Origin: an uncultured Candidatus Saccharibacteria bacterium
Lineage (GTDB): Bacteria > Patescibacteriota > WWE3 > 2-01-FULL-39-13
Assembly (NCBI GenBank): GCA_965230915.1
Contig: OZ246395.1
Coordinates: 339,535 to 403,534 of the forward strand
Direction: 5' to 3'
Length of the DNA: 64,000 nucleotides
Below are positions 9,899 to 18,700 of this stretch, piece after piece. How positions within the stretch are numbered: the stretch's first letter is position 1; each line of letters begins with the position of its first letter. The notes beneath the pieces were generated by a model. It made no database searches and was not told where the DNA came from. It saw nothing but the letters and a program-made list of their open reading frames with translations. A program made the translations under genes and the position numbers.

Positions 9899-10369
9899 AT
9901 GAAAAAATTAACGACATGTATATGGCTAGATAACGAAGCTGAAGAAGCCGCAAATTTCTATGTTTCTGTATTTCCGGATTCAAAGATAATCCAAACTGAT
10001 AAATATTTATCTGAAACACCTTCAAATAAGCCAATTGGCAGTGTTCTGACTGTAACATTAGAAATATTAGGCGAAAATGAATTCATGCTCTTAAATGGTG
10101 GGCCTTATTTTAAGGTTAGCGAAGCCATTTCTTTTGTGATTCCATGCAAAGACCAAGCTGAAATGGATTATTATTATGATAAATTGTCAGCTGACCCAGA
10201 AGCTGAAGTCTGCGGATGGTTAAAAGATAAATTTGGCGTTTCATGGCAGATAATTCCACATAATTATAATGAGTTAATGAATTCTGCAGACGAAGGTAAA
10301 AGAAAACGTATGTGGGATAAAGTCATGCAAATGAAGAAATTTAACTTGGCCGAGCTAGAGAACGCTTAA
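9899..10369 (+). CDS. VOC-superfamily protein, PhnB/3-demethylubiquinone-9 3-methyltransferase-like domain
   Basis: N-terminus KKLTTCIWLDNEAEEAANFYVSVFPDSKI closely matches the conserved start of the PhnB-like (PF06983) family. Confidence 0.6.
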   Translation: MKKLTTCIWLDNEAEEAANFYVSVFPDSKIIQTDKYLSETPSNKPIGSVLTVTLEILGENEFMLLNGGPYFKVSEAISFVIPCKDQAEMDYYYDKLSADPEAEVCGWLKDKFGVSWQIIPHNYNELMNSADEGKRKRMWDKVMQMKKFNLAELENA

Positions 10370-10385
10370 TATAATTTTTTTTTAG

Positions 10386-12095
10386 ATGTTAATTTTAATA
10401 ACTTTTGCATTTTTGGCGGGCATCGTAACAATACTTTCTCCTTGTATATTGCCCGTCCTTCCTATAATTTTGTCATCAACGGTTGATTCGTCGGGCAAAC
10501 AAAGGCCATTTGGAGTTGTTATCGGATTTATTTTAAGTTTTACGTTTTTTACCCTATTTCTTTCATCTCTTGCTCAAGTAAGTGGAATTTCCGGTGATGT
10601 ATTCAGGTATATTTCTATTTTTGTACTTGCCGGGTTTGGGCTCAGTATGCTTATTCCACAAGTTCAGCAAAAAATGGAAATACTTTTTAGCAAGTTAAGC
10701 GGGCTTGCTCCGAATATGACTACCAAACATGGCTTTTTCGGAGGGCTAGTTATTGGTCTGTCGTTAGGTCTTTTATGGACGCCATGTGTGGGCCCGATTT
10801 TAGCTTCGGTTATTAGTTTGGCATTAACAGGAAGCGTAACTACTCAAACATTTTTTATTACTCTCGCCTACTCTATCGGTACTGCGATTCCAATGTTTAT
10901 TATTATGATTGTCGGCTCAACAGCATTACAAAAGGTTCCTTGGTTACTTCGCAACACTTCAAAAATTCAAAAGATTTTTGGGATTTTAATGATATTAACC
11001 GCTATTGCGATTTATTTTAATTTTGACAGACAGTTTCAATCGTATATATTAGAAAAATTTCCAAGTTATGGAACTGGCTTAACTAAGATTGAAGATAACA
11101 GTGCCGTCAAAACTCAATTATATATTGCAGGTCAGCCTACGAATAATAATGCTGTAAGGTATGATTCAAAATTGCCTAAAGGCCCAGAAGCGCCAGAAAT
11201 TATCCCGGGCGGTGAATGGTTTAACTCTGATCCGTTAACGCTTGAAGAATTAAAAGGGAAAGTTGTAATAGTTGATTTTTGGACATACAGCTGCATTAAC
11301 TGTATTCGTACGCTCCCATATATAGAAAAATGGTGGGAAACTTATAAAGATGACGGACTTGTTATTATCGGAGTTCATTCGCCGGAGTTTGAGTTTGAAA
11401 AAAATCCTAAAAATGTAGAAAAGGCCATACAAGATTTTGGCCTAACCTATCCGATAGTTCAGGATAATAATTTTTCTACATGGAGAAATTACAGTAATCA
11501 ATATTGGCCAGCAAAATATATTATCGATAAAGATGGGTTTATTCGTTATTACCATTTTGGCGAAGGAGAATATGATCAAACTGAAGAAGTTATACAAAAA
11601 CTTCTAAAAGAAACGGGTGCCGAAAATGTTGATAAAGAAATTAATAATGCAGATTACGATATAGAATCAAATACCCCTGAAACTTATTTAGGATATGCCA
11701 GATTAAGTGGCTTTGCATCAAATGAAAATATAGTCCGCGATAAGACGGCTACTTATTCAGCTCCGAAAAATTTACCGTCTAATTCAGTAGCTTATGAAGG
11801 CGATTGGAATGTGATGGATGAATATGCAAATCCTCAAAAAGGTGCAAAATTATATTTAAATTTTGATGCTAAGGATGTTTATCTTGTTATGAGAACTAAG
11901 GGAGATCCTTCTAAAGTAAAAGTTTATGTAGATGATAAGCTTCAATATTTTGGTGAAGATAATATTGAAGGAACTGTAACAATAACCAAAGACTCTTTAT
12001 ATAGACTTATTAAACTTCCAACTGCCGGACGACATATTTTAAGGCTCGAATTCGAAGATGAAAATACAGAAGTGTATGCGTTCACCTTTGGTTAG
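10386..12095 (+). CDS. DipZ-like thiol:disulfide oxidoreductase: CcdA/DsbD transmembrane domain + thioredoxin-like domain + C-terminal beta domain
   Basis: N-terminal 6-TM region with Cys in TM1 (LSPCILPVLP) and TM4 (LLWTPCVGPIL) as in CcdA; periplasmic TlpA-like redoxin with WTYSCINC (CxxC); ~150-aa C-terminal domain as in mycobacterial DipZ. Confidence 0.75.
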   Translation: MLILITFAFLAGIVTILSPCILPVLPIILSSTVDSSGKQRPFGVVIGFILSFTFFTLFLSSLAQVSGISGDVFRYISIFVLAGFGLSMLIPQVQQKMEILFSKLSGLAPNMTTKHGFFGGLVIGLSLGLLWTPCVGPILASVISLALTGSVTTQTFFITLAYSIGTAIPMFIIMIVGSTALQKVPWLLRNTSKIQKIFGILMILTAIAIYFNFDRQFQSYILEKFPSYGTGLTKIEDNSAVKTQLYIAGQPTNNNAVRYDSKLPKGPEAPEIIPGGEWFNSDPLTLEELKGKVVIVDFWTYSCINCIRTLPYIEKWWETYKDDGLVIIGVHSPEFEFEKNPKNVEKAIQDFGLTYPIVQDNNFSTWRNYSNQYWPAKYIIDKDGFIRYYHFGEGEYDQTEEVIQKLLKETGAENVDKEINNADYDIESNTPETYLGYARLSGFASNENIVRDKTATYSAPKNLPSNSVAYEGDWNVMDEYANPQKGAKLYLNFDAKDVYLVMRTKGDPSKVKVYVDDKLQYFGEDNIEGTVTITKDSLYRLIKLPTAGRHILRLEFEDENTEVYAFTFG

Positions 12096-12113
12096 TTCTA
12101 TATTTATTAATTT

Positions 12114-12710
12114 ATGAGAAAACTAATTGTATTATCCTTTATAACTCTAGATGGTGTTATGCAGGCTCCTGGAGGACCGGGTGAAGATGATTCTGGTGGT
12201 TTTAAATATGGCGGATGGGTTGCTCCATATTTTGACGAAGACAGTGGAAAAATTATGAGCGAGCAAATGAAACCTGCAGATCTACTACTCGGCAGAAAAA
12301 CATTCGAGATTTTTTCAGGCTATTGGCCTAATCATACTGAGGAGTGGCCACAAATTAACGAAGTTACAAAGTATGTTGTCTCAAATACACTTACCTCTCC
12401 TACTTGGCAAAATTCAGTCGTTATAAGTGGTGACGTAGTTGCCGAAATTAAAAAATTAAAAGAATCAGATGGACTTGATTTGCAGGTTCATGGCAGTGGC
12501 AATCTAATTCAGACTTTATTAAAGAATGATTTGGTAGATGAATTGTGGCTGAAATTCTTTCCCATAACTTTGGGCCAGGGTAAAAAGTTGTTTGCCGAGG
12601 GAACTATACCGGCAGCTTTTACTTTAACAGACCATAAAGTTTCAGCTACAGGGGTAATTTTTGCTAATTACAAGCGCTCTGGAGATGTCAAGACAGGCAA
12701 TGTTGGTTAA
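12114..12710 (+). CDS. Dihydrofolate-reductase-like (RibD C-terminal domain) family protein
   Basis: MRKLIVLSFITLDGVMQAPGGPGED...LLLGRKTFE matches the YwjB/RibD_C reductase family N-terminus. Confidence 0.65.
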   Translation: MRKLIVLSFITLDGVMQAPGGPGEDDSGGFKYGGWVAPYFDEDSGKIMSEQMKPADLLLGRKTFEIFSGYWPNHTEEWPQINEVTKYVVSNTLTSPTWQNSVVISGDVVAEIKKLKESDGLDLQVHGSGNLIQTLLKNDLVDELWLKFFPITLGQGKKLFAEGTIPAAFTLTDHKVSATGVIFANYKRSGDVKTGNVG

Positions 12711-12718
12711 TGAGTCTA

Positions 12719-12746
12719 TTGACCGGCAATAGCCCTATAGTATAAT
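12719..12746 (+). promoter_or_regulatory. Near-consensus sigma70-type promoter (TTGACC-N16-TATAAT)
   Basis: TTGACCggcaatagccctatagTATAAT ~50 nt upstream of the GTG start of ORF 12795..13148, followed by the AAGGAG Shine-Dalgarno. Confidence 0.45.
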
Positions 12747-12794
12747 CTAGTCCGTTCTTGTTAAAGATAATCTATAGCTCACAAGGAGCCAAAA

Positions 12795-13148
12795 GTGTCT
12801 GAAAATCAGCTTTTTTCGAATGCTGGCAGTAATGTTACCGTCGTTTTTCCGGCAACTATCGAGGAGATACTTGTTCTGCCTATGGCAGTTGTCGCGACAC
12901 AGGTTCTTGTGTTAGGCGATGCTCCCATTACCCATAATCAATGGGATGCGATTCTGGCTTTGTTTGACCATGTGTTTTTGCACGGCGAAACTATGCGTAA
13001 TTTGGCCGTATGTCATCGAGGGGTGACCTATATTGAATCGATTCGGAATATTGAGGCCGTTGTAATGCAGTACTGTGTGCAAAAGACGGCGACGGATCTT
13101 GTTCTCTCGGTTCATGAGCCACTAGAAAAACTAATTCTTGGTATGTAG
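12795..13148 (+). CDS. Hypothetical protein (GC-enriched ORF, ~46% GC vs ~34% flanks)
   Basis: 117-aa ORF with GTG start, consensus promoter and SD; composition differs from its neighbours; no motif recognised. Confidence 0.4.
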   Translation: MSENQLFSNAGSNVTVVFPATIEEILVLPMAVVATQVLVLGDAPITHNQWDAILALFDHVFLHGETMRNLAVCHRGVTYIESIRNIEAVVMQYCVQKTATDLVLSVHEPLEKLILGM

Positions 13149-13171
13149 GGATATCTGCTTGAGCACAAAGA

Positions 13172-13218
13172 GAGCTCTAAATCCGCAACGATTTTTGTTG
13201 CAACAGGATTTAGAGCTC
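13172..13218. terminator. Bidirectional intrinsic terminator (nested hairpin) between convergent genes
   Basis: GAGCTCTAAATCC-gcaacgatttttgttgc-aaca-GGATTTAGAGCTC: a perfect 13-bp outer stem enclosing a 5-bp inner stem, followed by T-rich sequence. Lies between the + strand ORF ending 13148 and tsaC (minus, ending 13232). Confidence 0.55.
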
Positions 13219-13231
13219 TCGAGTATTTTAA

Positions 13232-13762
13232 TTATCTTAATTTTCTTACTTCCCCATTCGTAATATCGTAAATGCTTGAAGCGGGATTATTTAATTCTCC
13301 GGCATTTACATAAAAATCAATTTTATCGCCGAAATATTCCATAGCTTGGTGTATGGTTGTCGATGAAGGCATACCGTGCAAATTAGCGCTTGTGGAAATC
13401 AGTGGGCCAGTTGTTTGCATAATACTTTGTATAAAATCATTTTTGGGAAGTCTGAATGCTCGCGTTTTGCTGTTTGGAGTTTTAAATATTAATGTGTTTG
13501 GGCCTGGCCAAAAATTTTTCATTTGTTGTTTTTCGAATTCTCCGATTTCTAGGCCAAAACTTTCGAGATCTTCGATTTTTGAAATTACTGTAATTAATGG
13601 TAAATCGCCTGGTCTATCTTTTATTTCATAAATTCTTTTAATTAATTCGGGATCATGTGCCTTACAATGGATTCCATAAATTGTGTCGGTAGGTAAAATG
13701 CCGATTTTTCCACTTAATAATAAATTTGAGATTTCTTCTGTCTGTGATGGATTTAGAGTCAT
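13232..13762 (-). CDS. tsaC: L-threonylcarbamoyladenylate synthase (YrdC/Sua5 family, single-domain TsaC type)
   Basis: 176 aa; N-terminal GKIGILPTDTIYGIHC and STSANLHG motifs typical of YrdC/TsaC. Confidence 0.8.
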   Translation of the reverse strand: MTLNPSQTEEISNLLLSGKIGILPTDTIYGIHCKAHDPELIKRIYEIKDRPGDLPLITVISKIEDLESFGLEIGEFEKQQMKNFWPGPNTLIFKTPNSKTRAFRLPKNDFIQSIMQTTGPLISTSANLHGMPSSTTIHQAMEYFGDKIDFYVNAGELNNPASSIYDITNGEVRKLR

Positions 13763-13774
13763 ATGAATATAATA

Positions 13775-14944
13775 CTATATATCCTGGTCTTCTAGTTTTA
13801 TAATTCTATAACCTATTGAGCCTGTTCGCTGGATAGGTCTATTTAGCTGTTCTGTCCCTTCTACTTCTTCGAATTCTATTAGTTCTTCTTCTATTTCGAA
13901 TGCATCTTCTTGTAAGGTACCATTTTTAATTTGGTAGGTTGAAGAAGTAACTTGCCTTAGTAATGGGTTTGGCTCATCATTTGGGCTGGATATATTGGTA
14001 TATGTTTTTTGTGTTTTTGCCGAGAGTTCAAATGGTGTTCGATCTTCTGCTCCATATATAGACCAACCGTATTTGGCATTTTGTCCATAAAAATGATATT
14101 GAGTAATTGTATAACCGGTGTTTCTATCTATTACATGAATTGTTCCTATTTGTGTTGGAGAATCCCTTCGATCTGATTCAGATTCAGATATATATAGAAT
14201 ATATTTTTCATCTTCGGCTTCCGGAATTTGTATAGCTGGGAATTTACTTCCTAATAATCGACACCAATTTTTTGCAGAAAAAGGGACATAATTTATTCCG
14301 TTAACTTCTATAAATTCTGCATTCGTAAACGGAATATAATAAGCACATTCCTCAATTTCCTCATTTGTTGCGGGTCTAGCATGCCATGAACGTTCATGAA
14401 TTATCATTGGGACTCCACCTATTGTAGGAATTTCAAATGAATTTGTAATACATTCGAGTGTGGCAAAAGTTTCCGAATAATGAAAGACAGTTTTGAATGG
14501 CCTTTTTAATAAATATTTTTCGAAAGTATTAACAGTTGTGTATACACCATTAGAATCTGGATGAAATGGACGCCCTGTTATCGCGATGCCATATAGAGCA
14601 TCTTTATAAAAAGTTTCACGATAGTCTATTACTTGGTTTTGTAAGTCTTGTTCGTCAGAATATTCATCTTCTGAAAATAATTCCCGTTCTTCATCTTCAA
14701 CGTCCCATTTTAGTTCAGAATAAAAATCTGATGGATATTCATAGAAAATCGGAACGACACTTTGGTCTATAGCTGATTTTACTATGCCGCCTAAAATTTG
14801 AGAGCCAAAATTATAATTAGCTTCTTCAGGCTCTTTGTAATATCGATCAAGGGCTTCCGTATCTAAATGAATATAATTTGTAGATGGCTTAACGGTTGGG
14901 TCTGTTTCTTCTGAAGTAGTTTCTGGATTGTAAAATCTCAACAT
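13775..14944 (-). CDS. Hypothetical protein (389 aa, acidic, Tyr/Trp-rich)
   Basis: Long ORF immediately upstream of tsaC with a 12-nt gap; likely co-transcribed; no recognisable motif. Confidence 0.5.
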   Translation of the reverse strand: MLRFYNPETTSEETDPTVKPSTNYIHLDTEALDRYYKEPEEANYNFGSQILGGIVKSAIDQSVVPIFYEYPSDFYSELKWDVEDEERELFSEDEYSDEQDLQNQVIDYRETFYKDALYGIAITGRPFHPDSNGVYTTVNTFEKYLLKRPFKTVFHYSETFATLECITNSFEIPTIGGVPMIIHERSWHARPATNEEIEECAYYIPFTNAEFIEVNGINYVPFSAKNWCRLLGSKFPAIQIPEAEDEKYILYISESESDRRDSPTQIGTIHVIDRNTGYTITQYHFYGQNAKYGWSIYGAEDRTPFELSAKTQKTYTNISSPNDEPNPLLRQVTSSTYQIKNGTLQEDAFEIEEELIEFEEVEGTEQLNRPIQRTGSIGYRIIKLEDQDI

Positions 14945-15008
14945 ATTAATATGTATGGGCGGAAATTACTTAGGAGTATATTCAATTTTCACTTTGGAAT
15001 CAATGATT

Positions 15009-15614
15009 TTAGATTTTATTGCCCGGCCTTAAAAACTTTAAGCCGAAATATATCACAACAATTAGTATTACTGCCCCTACCCCAATAATATATGGAAAGT
15101 AGTCGCTTGTAGTAATTGCTTCTGCTGGTTTTGGGCTTGTTATGCTTGACGCAATTTTATAAGTTGTGGGCGTTATATCGCTTCTAATCTGTGTTGCGTT
15201 TTCGTCTGTTAATGCAATTTTTCCATTTCCTTTTAGTGCAAAGTTTCCTTCTTTTAACGTTTTGAATTTTAGTGTGACTACATTATTATCACCGATCGCA
15301 AGTTTATCTTTTCCTAACATTGCCGCCGTTATTGTCACTGTATTAACAATCTTTGTAGGACCATTCACTAGTGTCCATCCGTCAGAAAGTTTTCCGTCTA
15401 TAAATTCCAAATTCTCAAATTCTATGTTCAATGTAAAAGCATTATAGGCATTAGAACTATTAATGTTTATTGGAACATTAATCTCGGTCTCTGAGGGATA
15501 ATCTTTTTGCTCTAAATTAATAGTAAATTGTGTAGCTGCTGCAAAAGCTGATTTTGCTAAGAATATTGTAAGTGTTACTGCGAAAATTATTGCGATTAGT
15601 TTTATTTTGTTCAT
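15009..15614 (-). CDS. Cohesin-domain protein with signal peptide and C-terminal TM anchor (putative membrane-bound scaffoldin)
   Basis: Signal peptide (LAKSAFA|A), a ~140-aa beta-sandwich region with cohesin-like alternating pattern (FTLNIEFENLEF..., VVTLKFKTLKEGNFALKG), Thr/Pro linker, then hydrophobic anchor YIIGVGAVILIVVIYFGL + RPGNK. Its start is 2 nt downstream of the dockerin-protein stop. Confidence 0.55.
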   Translation of the reverse strand: MNKIKLIAIIFAVTLTIFLAKSAFAAATQFTINLEQKDYPSETEINVPININSSNAYNAFTLNIEFENLEFIDGKLSDGWTLVNGPTKIVNTVTITAAMLGKDKLAIGDNNVVTLKFKTLKEGNFALKGNGKIALTDENATQIRSDITPTTYKIASSITSPKPAEAITTSDYFPYIIGVGAVILIVVIYFGLKFLRPGNKI

Positions 15615-15615
15615 A

Positions 15616-15786
15616 TTATTCCTCCCAGTTGCGAGCCAAAATACTTAAATCTGATAAGTCGATTATTCCATCTGCGTTAAGATCCCCATCGCTTCTTCCG
15701 GATATATTTTTTAACCAGTTATCCATAATAACTTGTAAATCTTTCATATCAAACTTATTATCACCTGTTATGTCTTTTGTTTTAAT
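15616..15786 (-). other. Dockerin type-I module (two ~22-aa Ca-binding repeat segments) at the C-terminus of the giant protein
   Basis: DxNxDGxxxxxDL pattern twice, each followed by a hydrophobic helix ending in W; position corresponds to residues ~2255-2310. Confidence 0.65.
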
Positions 15787-18700
15787 TTCTGTCATTTCGA
15801 GTACTGGTTCAGACGGTTCGGTTACAGGGGTATTTGTCTCACCAGATCTAGGTATATAAGGCGTAATTCCATCACCTGGAATGTCAGCCTCATTTTTTAC
15901 TTTAATATCATTATCTTTTACATATATTTCGGTATCATTTACGTCGATGTCATCATAACGTCCGTCTTCTGAATCTACTTCATATTTAATTTTAACTTTG
16001 TGGTCACCATCTACCGTGTTGTTATCGATTGCTTTTATCTTTACTTTTTTGGATTTTTCCCAGTCATCTGGCTCGATTTCTAAAGTGCTATCGTCAATGT
16101 CGATATACTTTCCATCATCATCTGCTGACAATTTTATTTTTACCTTTTCGGATGGTTGGTCAGAAAGTTCGACCTCGATTGTATCTGTATCTCCGCCTTC
16201 TTCTACTACTGTATCTCCGCCGGTTTCTGTTACTTGAATTTCGACATTTTCTTCTCTTTCATCATCTGTAATGGTTACAACTACATTTGAAATATCCAGA
16301 TCGTCGAAATCACTATCATCTGATTCACTTGAATGTGTAATGGTTGCTGTACGGTTACCTTGAAAATCATCATCGTCAATTCCTGTTACCGTAATACTTT
16401 GCGGTACGTTCCAATCGGATGCTGTAAATGTGAGTTCTGACTCGGAAATTGTAATTTCATCGCTGGTAGTAGCAATATTAATAGTTACATTCGCAGCTGG
16501 AATTGTATTGAGCGAGATTGTATAAATATCGGTTCCGCCGTGCTCATTTACGCTTGTTGATCCGTCGCTTTGAGAAAGTGTTACCCCAGGAACTTCATTG
16601 TCTTCGACAGATACAGTAATTGAGTTGATTGAAATTCCGTCATAGAAATTATCTGTACTTAGTGCTTCATGGTCTATGTTTTTTGATCGTGTTCCATCGA
16701 TAATTAAGTTGTCTACAGCGCTTACAGTTATTGTTTGCGGCGTATTCCAATTTGAAATCGTGAATGTTAATGATGTGGGATTTACTGTTACTCCGCTATC
16801 CGGATCCGGATTTATTATGACTGTATTAGTTGGCTGAGTATTTAATACAACAGTATATGTATCGGTTGTTCCATCTTCATTTACTGTTGTTGATCCTGAA
16901 CTTTGAGACAAAGTTACTCCAGCTGTGTCGTTGTCGGTAACAGTAAAATCGACGCCGGGAATATCGAAATCATTGTAAGAAAGATCTGAACTTGAAACTG
17001 CAAATGATACTGTTCTGGAATGTGATCCTTCGGCAACATTATCGTCTGTTGCAGTGACAGTGACTGTTTGCGCAACATTCCAATTTGAATTTGTGAATGT
17101 TAATGTGCTCGATGATGTGCCCTGTTTGTATGCAGTCGCCTCTGATGTTGCCATTGAAATCGTTACATCTGATGATGGTTGTGTGTCTAGTACAACAGTA
17201 AATGTGTCAGTTGTTCCTGATTCAGAAATTGCTGTGTCTCCGCCAGTTTCAGTTACAGTTATTCCGGATGTATCGTCATCAGTTACGAGTACCGTTACAT
17301 TTGATGTTTTGCCGCTATAGTTTGTATCAGAACTTGATGATGTATGTGTTAGTACATTCGAATAATTTCCCGTGGCAACTGAGTCGTTGTTTGCAGTTAC
17401 TGTAACTGTTTGGGGTGTGTCCCAATTACCTGTTGTAAATGAGAGAGATGTTTTATCAAGATCAACGCTATCATTGCCTGTTATATTTACAGTTACATCA
17501 GAAGTCGGTTGTGATGTTAATACTACTGTATATGAATCAGATGTTTCACCTGCTTCTGCTACTTCTGTTGAGCCGCTACTTTGCGAAATTGAAATTGCGG
17601 CAGTGTCATTATCACTTATATTTACAATAACCTGTCCGATTGTTAACCCGTTAAATGCTCCATCACTTGAAGTTGATGTGTGAGTAAGAGTAGCTTGGTG
17701 CGCACCTTCTGCAATTGAATCATTAAGGGCCGTTATAGTAACTGTTTGTGGAGTATCCCAGTTTAAATCGGTAAATGTAACCGATGGTGCGGATAAACTT
17801 ACTTGTCCACCAGTTCCAGCAATATTTACTGTTACATCTGCGGATGGTTGATTGTCTAAAACAATTGTGTATGAATCGGTTGCCCCGCCTTCTGTTACAT
17901 TTGTGGAACCACCGCTTTGAGTGATTGTTATACCAGGTGTTTCATCTTCGGTAATACTTACCGAAACAGTCGAGATTGAAATTCCATCATAGTTGTCATC
18001 GCTACTTGTTGCAGTATGTGTAATATCTACTGAACCATTCCCAATATAGTTTGAATCATTTGTTGCAATTACAGTGACAGTCTGAGGAGTATCCCAATTT
18101 GAAGTTGTGAATGTTAACGACGACGCACTTAATTGCAGTCTGCTTGTAGTTGATAAATCTACTGTTACATCTGCTGATGGTTGTGAATCTAAAACTATAG
18201 TATAAGTATCAGTCGCTCCACCTTCTGTTACGGCTGTTGTTCCACCTGACTGAGTAACTGTTATTCCAGCTGTATCGTTATCGGTAATATCTACGATTAT
18301 GTCACTAATATTTAGTACGCTATATTTTGTATCGCTACTTGTGATTTCAAAGCTTATATCTCCGGTATGTGACCCTTCTTGAACTTCATCGTCGATAGCT
18401 GTTACCACAATTGTCTGTGGTGTGTCCCAATTGCTTGCTGTGAAAAGAATGTCTGGTACGATTGGGTTTTCTTCATCGGGCGTTAGCGGATCTTGATTTA
18501 AAGCTGTAACTTGTAATGAGCTTAAATCAACACTGACAGATGATGTTGGTTCGGACGCTAAAACAATTGTGAATGTGTCTGTAGTTCCTCCTTCTGTTAC
18601 GTCAGTTCCACCACCCGATTCTGAAATATTTATGTCGGCCGTGTCATTATCTGTAACAGCTGTTGTAACTGAATCGACAGAAATTGCATTGTAGTTTGAA

